In this document: positions 1-11,044 of the stretch, piece by piece
Position numbering within the stretch: the first letter of the stretch is position 1
Layout of the letters: every line of letters begins with the position of its first letter
Source: an uncultured delta proteobacterium
Lineage (GTDB): Bacteria; Desulfobacterota; Syntrophia; Syntrophales; Smithellaceae
Direction of reading: 5' to 3'
NCBI GenBank assembly: GCA_963753975.1
Contig: CAVWEH010000002.1
Span: 384,001 to 448,000, forward strand
DNA: 64,000 bases
Notes under the pieces: generated by a model
What the model was told of the DNA's origin: nothing
Seen by the model: only the letters and a program-made list of their open reading frames with translations
Database searches by the model: none
Position numbers and translations under genes: made by a program

Positions 1-172
1 AGACCTCAGAAAGTATAACTTACAGTCCATTTTTACATCTATTGTCAAAATAACTTCATCCTATGATAAATAAATTATTACCCGCGAGGAAAGATTATTT
101 TGTGGAAAAATTTGACAAAACTGTCTATTAGCTAATAATGATGGTATCAGTAATTTAGGAGAAAGTCGTCTA

Positions 173-1348
173 TTGAAATATTTATATCGATTCTTTATAG
201 TTTTTTTAATCGGGACAACGCCAAATTACGGAACTTTTGTTGAAGAGATTTACGCCAGCGCTCCGCTTTCGTCCGGACAGGCTCTCATTGAAGCTATAAA
301 AATAAACGAGTCATTAACTTTCTGCAATGAACCGGTTCCCCTAAATGAACCTGATGTAAAAGAGAGATTGGAAAGAGAATTACTGATATCTTTGGATAGC
401 AGTGACGATGTGATTTTATGGCTTAAACGCGCCAATAGATATTTCCCTTATATTGAAAAAGTGTTGAAGAATAATTCCCTGCCCGATGATTTGAAATACA
501 TCGCTATTATTGAAAGTTCGTTGCGACCACTCGCCCGATCAAATAAAGGAGCTGTAGGATATTGGCAGTTTATCGAAAGTACCGGCACGAAATACGGTAT
601 GGCCATCAATAACGATATTGATGAGCGCCGCAATTTTTTTACTTCCACAGAAGCGGCGATAAATTATCTCAAAGACCTTTATGCCATGTTTGGCTCCTGG
701 ACGTTGGCCGCAGCAGCTTACAATATGGGGGAAGAAGGTCTAAAAACAGAAATACTGGTTCAAAAAGTCAACAATTACTATAAACTCGACTTATATCAGG
801 AAGCACAAAGGTATGTTTTTAGAATTTTAGCGGCGAAGATAATTATATCCAATCCGGAGAAATATGGGTACAGTCTGAGCCAGGATGATCTTTACAAACC
901 TATTCAATCCGACTGTGTCGAAATATCAGCAAATCAATCCGTACCTCTGTATATAATTGCTCAGGCGGCAAAGACTTATTTCAAAACAATTAAAGACCTT
1001 AATCCGCACATAAAAAACTATTATCTGCCCGCCGGCAAGTATAAACTGATGATTCCTTTGGGCGCGGCCATGGGTTTTTCCGAACGTTACGAAGATCTCT
1101 TCTCGCAATGGCTGGTGGAGAAAAATGAACATATTTACGTAGTTCAAAAAGGGGATAATTTATCGGTCATTGCTGAACGATTTAACGTCCCGGTAAAAGC
1201 AATTATGATCTGGAACGATATCACCAATGGCAAAAAAATATTACCCGGAAATAAGCTCTTCATCTTTTCCGACAAACTCAAGAAGGAAATTAATGCCAAT
1301 AAAATTGAAAATGCGCCGGCAGAAAATCCGGCTATCAAACTCTACTAG
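173..1348 (+). CDS. mltD: Lytic murein transglycosylase with C-terminal LysM domain (MltD-like)
   Basis: SLT motifs IIESS, GAVGYWQF, AAYNMG; C-terminal YVVQKGDNLSVIAERF LysM motif; TTG start preceded by AGGAG. Confidence 0.85.
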   Translation: MKYLYRFFIVFLIGTTPNYGTFVEEIYASAPLSSGQALIEAIKINESLTFCNEPVPLNEPDVKERLERELLISLDSSDDVILWLKRANRYFPYIEKVLKNNSLPDDLKYIAIIESSLRPLARSNKGAVGYWQFIESTGTKYGMAINNDIDERRNFFTSTEAAINYLKDLYAMFGSWTLAAAAYNMGEEGLKTEILVQKVNNYYKLDLYQEAQRYVFRILAAKIIISNPEKYGYSLSQDDLYKPIQSDCVEISANQSVPLYIIAQAAKTYFKTIKDLNPHIKNYYLPAGKYKLMIPLGAAMGFSERYEDLFSQWLVEKNEHIYVVQKGDNLSVIAERFNVPVKAIMIWNDITNGKKILPGNKLFIFSDKLKKEINANKIENAPAENPAIKLY

Positions 1349-1559
1349 TTAAATTTTCGAGCGTCGGTATTTTAGAAAGAGAAGCTGGTTGGATGAGTTT
1401 ATCCACATTCTGTTTATAAAGAATCTTACCGTTATCTATATCTACCGATAACGCAGCCTTCAGAGCTACAAGCCAATTTGGTTTTTCTAGTGCGACGGTA
1501 AAGATACGCAGAAACAATAATACCGATAATATGATTAATATTTCCTGCAAATTAATCAT
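1335..1559 (-). pseudogene. N-terminal remnant of a D-alanyl-D-alanine carboxypeptidase (peptidase S11)
   Basis: Signal-like N-terminus, then AALSVDIDNGKILY..N......PASLSK (SxxK); stops at 74 aa. Confidence 0.6.
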
Positions 1560-1796
1560 TGATAATTACCTGATTATTTTCGGGTAATTTAAGAGTTCAG
1601 GATAACAAGATCAATCATAAATCTGAAGTAAACAATCGTTTTACTTACAGTAATGCTACAATATAGCATCGGTCAGGACAACAACCGTGCTTTAAGATCA
1701 GGATTTTGTATCATTTTTTTACAGTTGTTTTTATGTAAAATTTATTATAGTGAATTCTATACCTTCATAAAAATTATTTTTTTAAGGATTCCCTTC

Positions 1797-2384
1797 ATGA
1801 TCAAGAAAACAAAAAATCATAACAAGATATTTTTGTTCATTTTAATCTTAATTTGCATAATCATTACAATTTCCTGCGAAAAATCAAAAACAGTTAAGCT
1901 CGATCAAGAAATCGCATGGGGGAAAAACATGCCGCTGGAAAAGGTCTATAAAAAAATAATTATTCAAAGATTCGAAATTGATCAGGATTTGGAAAAAGAT
2001 TTGCCCGATGCGGCTGTTAGCTGCGAAAGCACGGCACTAAATGAACTGCTAAAAAGCGATGTCACCTCGAAAATTGAAAAGTCCCGTCTAAGCACGTCGC
2101 GTGAGGCGGGAGCTCTTATTGTAAAAACACGTATTACTATGTTAAAGCTAGCCAGCAGTTCTGCCCGCGGTTTAGGCGGAGCATATGTGGGCAACTCGGA
2201 AATGGCCGCTGACATAAAATTAATCGACGCGGAAACAGGAAGAACTCTGCGCAAAAAGAATCTTTCTACGGCTAATAATACTTACGCGTCGTCATCGACC
2301 ACTGTCAGCGCTGATCTTACCATGCCTTCCGACTTGGGCAAGATGATCGCTGAATACATTACCGAAGCAGTCCGCGGCAATTAA
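1797..2384 (+). CDS. Lipoprotein, DUF4410-like
   Basis: Basic N-terminus, hydrophobic stretch and TISC lipobox; ARGLGGAYVG..MAADIKLIDAETG pattern; start moved to ATG 1797. Confidence 0.6.
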   Translation: MIKKTKNHNKIFLFILILICIIITISCEKSKTVKLDQEIAWGKNMPLEKVYKKIIIQRFEIDQDLEKDLPDAAVSCESTALNELLKSDVTSKIEKSRLSTSREAGALIVKTRITMLKLASSSARGLGGAYVGNSEMAADIKLIDAETGRTLRKKNLSTANNTYASSSTTVSADLTMPSDLGKMIAEYITEAVRGN

Positions 2385-2436
2385 GAAAGAATAAGCATTA
2401 CATTATATATTTCGTAGTTTATTACGGCGAGGCGAA

Positions 2437-3669
2437 ATGACCGACAACTTGAGAGAATTAATTGATGGCATTAAATTGATCGACCAGCATGCTCATCCAG
2501 GATTTGCCGGCTATTTCGAGGACTTTCCGCCGGAGAATAGAATTATTCTTGCTATTGATTCTTACCGCACACCGGAAAATTCCGGGGCCGATTTTCCTTA
2601 TTTGCGAGAAGCTCACTATGAAGCATATGAGAAACTTTACGGATTCAGCCCTGAAGACATTAACAATCCCGCCAAACAAGATGCTTTGGTCATAGAATAC
2701 GATCGCCAACGCAATAACCTGAAGCATTTTATCGATAAAGTAATGGATGCCGCCAACGTGGAACTCCTCATCGTTGAATCATTTCTTAACTATGACTTGA
2801 TGAATAAACCACAGATTAAATTTATCCCTGCAATCGATCCGCTTCTATTTCCGTTTGACAATACATACTTAACCAATAGAAGCCCTTTGACCACTTCCTT
2901 TTTAGCTGCTTTTGACCATATGCTAAATAGAATCAAGGTTAAAAACAATTACTCATCTAAAAATTTTACCGAATATCTCGAATTTGTCGACAGGGTTCTT
3001 GATTATTATGTCCAGAAGGGCGCAGTAGGTTTCAATTTTTTTACCGCTTTTGTGCGCAACACCTATTGCGAAAAAGTACTGCCATCCGAATGTCTAAGGC
3101 TTTTTGAACGCGCCAAAAAAGGCGAATCTGCCGCTTATAAAAGACTGCAAGATTTTCTTATTTGGCATGTAATGGGCAAATGCGTAGAATATAATTTACC
3201 CGTACAGTGGCATTTCGCTCTGTCCGACCCCCATATCAGTTGTTTTGACTGTCTGAATCTTTCAGAAATGATTTGCGATCCTATAGTCGGCAAAGCAAAA
3301 ATTGTTATTCTCAATGGCGGCTATCCACGTTTTGACAACGCAGAATTGCTGGCTTTGGCCGGTGGGATAATGCCCAATAACGTGTATATTGATATTTCCG
3401 GGTGCATTATGTTTATGAATCACCCGCGTATTCTTGCCGGCACTTTAAGGAAATGGCTGGAAAAACCGATTCTTTGGAATAAAATTATGTATGGTTCCGG
3501 TTCTCTGCGCGGGGAGCGGGATATATATGTAAGCTCCAAAGTCGGACGTGACGCCGTTTACTTTGCGCTCAAGGACATGATGGACGACGACATTATTGAT
3601 GAGAATACCGCCATGCTTATCGCCCGTAAGATATTACGGGAAAACGCGAAAAAAGTCTATAACCTTTAG
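2437..3669 (+). CDS. Amidohydrolase-family (TIM barrel) protein with degenerate metal ligands
   Basis: IDQHAHP, LPVQWH, NVYIDIS, KIMYGS, ILRENAKKVYNL motifs of amidohydrolase_2/FluG-N-like proteins. Confidence 0.8.
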   Translation: MTDNLRELIDGIKLIDQHAHPGFAGYFEDFPPENRIILAIDSYRTPENSGADFPYLREAHYEAYEKLYGFSPEDINNPAKQDALVIEYDRQRNNLKHFIDKVMDAANVELLIVESFLNYDLMNKPQIKFIPAIDPLLFPFDNTYLTNRSPLTTSFLAAFDHMLNRIKVKNNYSSKNFTEYLEFVDRVLDYYVQKGAVGFNFFTAFVRNTYCEKVLPSECLRLFERAKKGESAAYKRLQDFLIWHVMGKCVEYNLPVQWHFALSDPHISCFDCLNLSEMICDPIVGKAKIVILNGGYPRFDNAELLALAGGIMPNNVYIDISGCIMFMNHPRILAGTLRKWLEKPILWNKIMYGSGSLRGERDIYVSSKVGRDAVYFALKDMMDDDIIDENTAMLIARKILRENAKKVYNL

Positions 3670-3781
3670 GCATAAGCTCTCTCGTTTCCAGAACATTCCC
3701 TGCCTATAACCATCGCAACATTTGCCATTTTGAAATTTCCTATTGATATACGTCTTGACAAATATTTTTTTATGTTTTAAT

Positions 3782-3800
3782 TACTATTAAATAAATAGTA
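3782..3800. promoter_or_regulatory. Palindromic operator candidate upstream of rrf2
   Basis: TACTATT-N5-AATAGTA perfect inverted repeat shortly downstream of a TTGACA box. Confidence 0.4.
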
Positions 3801-3897
3801 TTTACATCATTTTAGGCTGTGGAAATAATCAGGAAAGCGTCAGAAAAATGGGCATTTTTCAAATAAACTCAATTTATTATTATTTTAGGTCATTTCA

Positions 3898-4347
3898 ATG
3901 AAGCTTTCCACCAGGTCCAGATATGGCGTACGATTAATGACGACATTGGCCTGCGGCAATGGAGTTAAACCTGTTTTGTTAAAAGATATAGCCGCTGGTG
4001 AAGAAATATCGGAAAAATATTTGAGTTTAATTGTGATACCGTTGCGAGCTGCCGGATTGATAAAATCGGTGCGCGGAGCCCGGGGCGGATACAATTTGGC
4101 TAAAGATCCAAAGGATATTTCTTTGCGCAACATTATCGAAACGCTCGAAGGAGAAATCTCTTTAGTGCATTGCCTTAAGAAACCTTCAAGCTGCACCCGT
4201 TTGGCAATTTGCCCGACCCGGGATATCTGGAATATTTTGGGAAATAAAATCGGTGAAACTTTAAACAGCATTACGCTGGCTCAATTGGCGCAAATAAAGA
4301 AGAAAAAATTAGCCCAAGCCAAACACATCGATAAAACCGGGAGTTGA
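3898..4347 (+). CDS. Rrf2 family transcriptional regulator (IscR/CymR-like, 3 Cys)
   Basis: MKLSTRSRYG, LIKSVRGARGGYNLA, C-x6-C-x5-C. Confidence 0.92.
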   Translation: MKLSTRSRYGVRLMTTLACGNGVKPVLLKDIAAGEEISEKYLSLIVIPLRAAGLIKSVRGARGGYNLAKDPKDISLRNIIETLEGEISLVHCLKKPSSCTRLAICPTRDIWNILGNKIGETLNSITLAQLAQIKKKKLAQAKHIDKTGS

Positions 4348-4356
4348 GACTTTTGT

Positions 4357-5262
4357 ATGGAAATAGCTGATAAGATAAAAAAACTGAAACAAGAAAGAAA
4401 CGCTGTCATTCTGGCGCACAATTACCAGCGGTCTGAAATTCAGGATATTGCCGATTTTGTCGGCGATTCTTTGGGTTTAAGCATTGAGGCTTCCCGTACC
4501 AACGCTGATGTAATAGTTTTTTGCGGGGTCCACTTTATGGCGGAGACCGCTAAGATACTCTCCCCACAAAAGACTGTCTTACTTCCGGATAAAAATGCCG
4601 GCTGCCCCATGGCCAATATGATTGATGCCGAAGGATTAAAATCTCTTCAGGAAAAACATCCTAATGCTGTAACCCTTTGCTATGTAAATACTTCTGCTGC
4701 AGTAAAAGCCCGGTGTGATTATTGCTGCACTTCATCCAACGCCCTGAGTATGGCGCAACATATATTAAAAAGTCAGGAAGAGATCATTTTCGTTCCCGAT
4801 AAATATCTGGCGCAATACGTTTCGGCTCAGGTGAGACACGATTTCATCATGTGGAACGGCTATTGCCCGACACATGTTAAAATCTTGCCGGAAAATATCG
4901 TTCGGGCTAAAAAGAGACATCCGCAAGCGAAGGTTCTTGTGCACCCGGAATGTAAACCGGATTTAGCTCCCCTTGCCGATTTTGTAGCTTCTACGGAAAA
5001 AATGTGCCGCTATGTCCAGAATACTGTCCAAACCGATTTCATCGTCGCTACTGAAAACGGCATAATCCACCGGTTGAAAAAAGAAAATCCGGCCAAGAAT
5101 TTCTATCCGGCAGCAGATGCGGCCGTTTGTCCCAACATGAAACGTATCACTCTCGAAAAGGTACTCTGGTCGCTTCAGGATTTATCTTTCGAAATTACAC
5201 TGTCTCCGGATATAATGGATAAAGCAAGACTCTCCATAGAAAGAATGCTGCAAATAATTTAA
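4357..5262 (+). CDS. nadA: Quinolinate synthase A
   Basis: ILAHNYQ, FCGVHFMAETA, GCPMA, CYVNTSA, VHPEC, CPNMK. Confidence 0.97.
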   Translation: MEIADKIKKLKQERNAVILAHNYQRSEIQDIADFVGDSLGLSIEASRTNADVIVFCGVHFMAETAKILSPQKTVLLPDKNAGCPMANMIDAEGLKSLQEKHPNAVTLCYVNTSAAVKARCDYCCTSSNALSMAQHILKSQEEIIFVPDKYLAQYVSAQVRHDFIMWNGYCPTHVKILPENIVRAKKRHPQAKVLVHPECKPDLAPLADFVASTEKMCRYVQNTVQTDFIVATENGIIHRLKKENPAKNFYPAADAAVCPNMKRITLEKVLWSLQDLSFEITLSPDIMDKARLSIERMLQII

Positions 5263-5321
5263 GCTAACTAAAATTTTCTTAATCGAATACGCAAAGGTAG
5301 ATTTAAACCTCAAAACAATTT

Positions 5322-6443
5322 ATGAAAAAAAATTCGTTAGGCATCGTTAGCCCCCGAACATTTTCATTTGCCCAGCCGCCGGCTACTTTAAAATTGGAAT
5401 CCGGACGGAGTTTAGGACCAATCACATTGACTTATGAAACCTACGGCCGGTTAAACGAGAAAAAATCAAATGCCATATTAGTCTGTCACGCACTCTCCGG
5501 AGACGCACATGCCGCCGGCTTTTACGCTGAAGAAAAGATTGCCGGCTGGTGGGACGATATGATCGGTCCTGGGAAAGCGATGGACACAAATCGCTACTTC
5601 GTAATTTGTTCCAATGTTATCGGCGGCTGCAAGGGAAGCACCGGCCCTTCCTCCATTAATCCCGAAACCGACAAACCTTATGCCCTTGATTTTCCCGTCA
5701 TTACCGTTGCCGATATGGTAGAGGCTCAGCGTCATTTACTAGATTATCTTGGGATTGAGAAACTTCTTTGTGTCATCGGTGGCTCGATGGGAGGAATGCA
5801 AGTCCTGCAATGGACGTCCGCCTACCCTGAAAGAATCACCGCCGCGATACCCATCGCTACAGCGTTAAAGCATTCGCCACAGCAAATCGCATTTGATGAG
5901 GTCATCAGGCAATCGATAATGGCTGACCCCGCGTGGCGCGGCGGATATTACTATGAACAAGGCCAGCCGGAAAAAGGACTTGCTCTCGCCCGTATGATCG
6001 GCCACATAACTTTCATGAGCGATCAATCCATGGAAGAAAAGTTCTCGCGAAAACTTAAAAATGACCATTTAAGTTTTCAATTCATTGACGATTTTGAAGT
6101 AGAAGGCTACTTGCGCTACCGCGGCTATAATTTCGTCAAACGTTTTGACGCCAATTCGTATCTGTACATTACGAAAGCAATGGACTATTTCGATCTTTCC
6201 GGAGAAAAGTTCATGCCCTCCGTAAAGAAAACATCCGTGAAGTTTTTGATATTGTCTTTTAAATCGGATTGGCTATATCCAACTCACCAATCGCAAGATA
6301 TTGTCCGTCTCTTAAAAAGAAAACATGCCTACACCACCTATTTTGATCTGAGCTCCAATTACGGACATGATGCTTTTCTAGTCGAGGTGGAAGACGAAAC
6401 GCGCTTAATAAAAAATTTTCTAGCCAACATCGCTTCCCATTGA
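5322..6443 (+). CDS. metX: Homoserine O-acyltransferase
   Basis: CHALSGDAH, GGSMGG nucleophile elbow, RFDANSY, GHDAFL. Confidence 0.95.
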   Translation: MKKNSLGIVSPRTFSFAQPPATLKLESGRSLGPITLTYETYGRLNEKKSNAILVCHALSGDAHAAGFYAEEKIAGWWDDMIGPGKAMDTNRYFVICSNVIGGCKGSTGPSSINPETDKPYALDFPVITVADMVEAQRHLLDYLGIEKLLCVIGGSMGGMQVLQWTSAYPERITAAIPIATALKHSPQQIAFDEVIRQSIMADPAWRGGYYYEQGQPEKGLALARMIGHITFMSDQSMEEKFSRKLKNDHLSFQFIDDFEVEGYLRYRGYNFVKRFDANSYLYITKAMDYFDLSGEKFMPSVKKTSVKFLILSFKSDWLYPTHQSQDIVRLLKRKHAYTTYFDLSSNYGHDAFLVEVEDETRLIKNFLANIASH

Positions 6444-6484
6444 GACAGCTAGAATTGAGAAGAACAAAGAAAGTTGTTTTATCA

Positions 6485-7066
6485 ATGAAATTCGACCACC
6501 AAATTATCGCCGAAATTATCGATCAAGAAGCGCATGTTCTGGATTTAGGCTGCGGCAGCGGTGAACTGCTCACGCTTCTCACACGGGAAAGAAATGCGTC
6601 CGTTCAAGGCATTGAATTAAACGATGAAGAAATGCAGAAATGCGTCGAGAACGGGCTCACCGTTCTCCAAGGGGATATAGAAAGCGGGTTGGTTGATTAC
6701 CCCGACAAATCGTTTGATTTTGTAATTTTGAATCAAATCATGCAGGAAATTAAGAAAGCCGATTTTGTCATCCAGGAATCGCTCAGGGTTGGGAAGCACG
6801 TTATTATCGGATTTCCCAACTTCGCCCATATTACAGCACGGCTGACTCTCTTCTTTACAGGAAAAACGCCGATTAATGAAGCCCTGCCGTACTATTGGTT
6901 TGAAACACCCAACATTCGTTTCTTGACTATTAACGACTTTATCGATTATTGTCACAAGAAAAATATTATTATTGAGCAAAAATTCTTTCTGGGTAAATCA
7001 AAACTAATTTATTTTTTGCCCAATTTATTCGCTCAAAACGCTATTTTTGTTGTTACCAAGCACTAA
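6485..7066 (+). CDS. metW: Methionine biosynthesis protein MetW (SAM-dependent methyltransferase fold)
   Basis: VLDLGCGSG, FPNFAH, WFETPNIRFLT; follows metX. Confidence 0.93.
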   Translation: MKFDHQIIAEIIDQEAHVLDLGCGSGELLTLLTRERNASVQGIELNDEEMQKCVENGLTVLQGDIESGLVDYPDKSFDFVILNQIMQEIKKADFVIQESLRVGKHVIIGFPNFAHITARLTLFFTGKTPINEALPYYWFETPNIRFLTINDFIDYCHKKNIIIEQKFFLGKSKLIYFLPNLFAQNAIFVVTKH

Positions 7067-7090
7067 TGATGGCTGAAATGGAGTATACCT

Positions 7091-7468
7091 ATGACAAAAA
7101 AAATTATTACCTCGGATAAACTTCCTGTTTTTGGACCATATTCCGCTGCGGTGGAAGCTGCCGGCCTTATTTTCATATCGGGCCAAATACCCGTAAATCC
7201 CCAAACCGGCGAGATCACCCGTGAAATCAAAACAGCTACCAGACAGGTGCTTGTCAACATTCAAACTCTACTTCAAGAAGCCGGATTGAAAATGACTAAT
7301 ATTGTCAAGACAAGCATCTTTTTGAGAGATATGAAAGATTTTTCAGCGGTAAATGAAATTTATTCCGGCTTTTTCCCCGAGGAGCCTCCGGCCCGCTCGA
7401 CTGTTGAAGTTTCGGCGCTGCCGAAAAATGCTCCATTGGAAATTGAAGCCATAGCCGTAAGAAACTAG
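7091..7468 (+). CDS. ridA: RidA/YjgF family deaminase
   Basis: GPYS, FISGQIP, PPARSTVEVSALP, EIEAIA. Confidence 0.92.
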   Translation: MTKKIITSDKLPVFGPYSAAVEAAGLIFISGQIPVNPQTGEITREIKTATRQVLVNIQTLLQEAGLKMTNIVKTSIFLRDMKDFSAVNEIYSGFFPEEPPARSTVEVSALPKNAPLEIEAIAVRN

Positions 7469-7473
7469 GTATT

Positions 7474-7905
7474 ATGGGTAAAATTCTATCCGTCAACATC
7501 AGTGCAAAAAAAGGTGAAAAAAAACATAATGTAGGGGTTAGCCGCGCTCTGATTGACATGGGGCTTGCCGATGATGCGCACGGCGGCATGGAATTGCGCC
7601 AAATAAGTCTGCTCGCCGCGGAAAGCATCGAAAAAATCCGGCAAAAGGGATTAAATGTAAGCTACGGTGATTTTGCCGAGAATCTCACGACGGAAGGCAT
7701 CGAGCTCTATACCCTACCGCTCGGCACAAAAATAAAAGTTGGCCGGGATGTGCTCTTGGAAGTCACACAGATCGGTAAAACTTGCGTCAAACCCTGTGCC
7801 ATTTTTTACGCTGTCGGAGATTGTGTCATGCCCAGGGAAGGCATCTTTGCCCGCGTCCTTTCTTCCGGGAATATCAAAATCGGCGATGAAATAACAGTCT
7901 GTTAA
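7474..7905 (+). CDS. MOSC domain protein
   Basis: DDAHGG, RQISLLA, GDFAENLTT, EVTQIGKTC, CVMPREGIF. Confidence 0.9.
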   Translation: MGKILSVNISAKKGEKKHNVGVSRALIDMGLADDAHGGMELRQISLLAAESIEKIRQKGLNVSYGDFAENLTTEGIELYTLPLGTKIKVGRDVLLEVTQIGKTCVKPCAIFYAVGDCVMPREGIFARVLSSGNIKIGDEITVC

Positions 7906-7964
7906 AACGTTTAGCATCTATTGGCGGTTTGTCTTCTCTTTGTCTCTACTTGACGCGAATTATT

Positions 7965-10900
7965 CTATTTTTCTTCCGCAGCCGCTTTAGAATGTTCCGC
8001 CGCCAAGAGCATATACATTCCGGGCACGACGAAAAGCGTGAACAAAGTGCCGATAGAAATACCCGTCATAATAACCAAACCCATATTAAAACGGCCTTCA
8101 GCGCCCGCTCCTGTTGCCGTAACCAACGGTACAACTCCGACAACCATGGCGGCGGTCGTCATCAGAATCGGCCTGAGCCGGATGCTGGCGGCCTTTTCTA
8201 TTGCCTCCCGCTTATTGACTCCTTCTTTCTGCAAATCATTGGCAAACTGAACGATCAGAATACCGTGTTTGCTGATTAAGCCGATCAAAGTCACGAGTCC
8301 GACCTCGGTGTAAATATTGAGGCTCGCACCGCCCACGCCGAGACTGATGAAGATCATGGCGCCGCAGATGGACATCGGCACGCTGATTAAAACGATCAGC
8401 GGATCACGGAAGCTTTCAAAAAGCGCGGCCAGTGCCAGAAATATTATAATCAAGGCAAAGAAAAAAGTTACCAGCAGCGCACTGGACTCCGTCACAAACT
8501 GCCTTGATTGGCCGGCATAATCGATGCTGTATCCCTGCGGCAGAAAATCACGGGCAATATTTCTGAGCGTCGTCAATGCATCACCCAGGGTTACGCCGGG
8601 TGCCGTTACCGCGGAAATTGTTGCTGCATTAAGTTGCTGAAAGTGATTAAGAGATTCGGGTACCACGTCAGTTCTCAGATCTACGATCGTGGAGAAAGGA
8701 ATGGACGCGCCGGTGGAGGTCTTAAAATAATAATTCCGTAATTGGCTTGTATTTAGCCTGTGCCGCTGCTCAACCTGCGGTATCACTTTATAAGACCGGC
8801 CTTGCAGATCAAAATAATTTACATAACCGCCTCCGAGCATTGAGCCCAGTGATTCGCCGACATCGCGCATGGTCAATCCCATCTGCGCGGCTTTGTTCCG
8901 GTCAATAATTAAAGTCGTCTGCGGTTTATCTATTTTCAGATCCGTATCCACATAGGCAAACATTCCGCTGCGATAGGCATTGACCAACACATTCTGAGAT
9001 ACTTCATTCAAATTATCGAAGGATTCCGTCGTGCCGATAATAAATTGCACCGGTAATCCGCTGGTGCCCGGCAGCGGCGGTCTCAAAAACGAAACAGCAC
9101 GAGCTCCGGCAATACCATTGAGTTGCAGCTGAACCAGCGGGTTTAATTGCATTGTTGTGCGCTTACGTTCATCCCATGGTTTGGTCACCATTCCCGCAAC
9201 ACCCGTATTGAGTCCGCTGACTCCGTCGAGCTGGAATACATGATCGGTTTCAGGATATGCTTTGACAATATTAAAAACCTGCCTGGTATTGAGTTGAGTT
9301 TGTTCCAGAGTAGCATCCGGAGCAGTCGTGATGAAAGAAATAACAATACCCTGATCTTCCTGCGGGGCTAACTCACTTTTTGATCCGATAAATAAAAAAT
9401 AATTGCTGCAAAGGATGAGGATCGCAAAGACGATTGTCACGGGCAGAGTAGTTCAAAGCGCCAGTCAGTAATTTTTGATATATCCGGCGCAAAAATTCGA
9501 ACTGGCCGTTGACAAATTTCTCAAAACGGCTCTGCGTGGTGTGGCCTCCTCCTTTCAAAAACCTCGAGCACATCATCGGCGATAGGGTCAACGCAATGAC
9601 AGCCGACACAGCGACGGCGGCAGCCAGTGAGTAGGCAAATTCGGTAAAGAGTGCTCCGGTAAGGCCACCCATAAAACCAATCGGCACATAAACTGCTATC
9701 AGCACAACGGTGATAGCGATAATCGGTCCGGCAAGCTCACGCGCTCCTTCGATTGCCGCCTGAAGCGGCGGTAATCCGTCTTCAATATGCCGGTGCGCGT
9801 TTTCCACAACGATAATGGCGTCGTCAACGACCAGCCCTATAGCGAGCACCAATGCCAAAAGGGTGAGCAGATTAATGGAATAGCCCAGAATAAGCATGAC
9901 AAAGAATCCACCGATGAGCGATAAGGGGATGGCAATTATCGGTATGATCACCGAACGGACTGTCGCCAAAAACAAATATATCACTATCGTGACGATCAAC
10001 AGCGCTTTGACTAAAGTGCTGATTACTTCCTTGATAGAGCTGTTTATATATTTTGTGGCGTCATAAACGATGCGGCCTTTGAGTTCTTCGGGAAATTGTT
10101 CCTGAATGGGCGGAAAAGCCTTGCGCACATTATCGATCACGGTAAGCAAGTTGGCGCCCGGCGCTACCTTAATTCCAATGTAGGTCGCTCTCTCGCCGTC
10201 AAAGGCGACGGCAGTATCGTAGTCCTCCGATCCCAGAGTAATTTTGGCAATGTCGTTCAGCCGGATAATTGCGTCATTCTGAGATTTGACGATGAGCTGT
10301 TGGAATTCGTCAACCGAATGCAGCGTTGTATCGGCAATCAGATTGATCGTAATCATCTGACCCTTGTGTCCGTCCTACAGCGGAAATGAAATCATTGCTC
10401 GCCAGCGCATTGCTTACGTCAGCAGCAGTTATACCGTAGGCTGCCATCTTTTCCGGATCGAGCCAGATGCGCATGGCAAAGCGCCGTGCTCCCAGAACTT
10501 CGGCCGTCTGCACTCCTTCCACCGCCTGTAATTTGGGCTGCACCACCCTGATCAGATAATCGGTTATCTTATTGGTCGGCATTTCTTTGCTGTAAAAACC
10601 GATGTACATGGAGTCAATTGTTTCGCCTATCGCCACCGTGATTACGGGTTGTTGCGCATCCTTTGGCAATTGATTGAGAACGGCGTTTACTTTTGTATTG
10701 ATCTCCGTGAGAGCCTTATTCGGATCATAATTTAGGCGCAAATTTGCCTGGATCGAACTGACACTCTGTGTGCTCGTCGAGGTGAGATAGTCAATGCCAT
10801 TAGCCTGAGCTATTGAATTTTCCAGAGGGGTAGTGATAAAACCCGCAACGACTGACGGATCAGAACCGGTATAAACAGTGGTAACCGTCACGACCGCATT

Positions 10901-11023
10901 CTGCGTAAACGGAAACTCCCGCACCTTTAACAGACCTATAGAACGTAATCCCAGCACCAATATCAGCAGGCTGACAACAACAGCTAAGACCGGCCGGCGT
11001 ATGAATATATCCGTAAAATGCAT
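7965..11023 (-). CDS. RND efflux permease (AcrB family), split by two +1 frameshifts (~10366, ~9447)
   Basis: MHFTDIFIRRPVLA start, GLVVDDAIIVVEN, IRLRPILMT; three ORFs join into ~1020 aa if one base is removed at each site. Confidence 0.92.
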
Positions 11024-11044
11024 TGATAATAATCCCTTTTCAAC

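Noticed and set aside
9440..10370. Programmed frameshifting in the split genes
   Set aside because: No slippery heptamers at the sites, and unrelated genes share the same single-insertion pattern.
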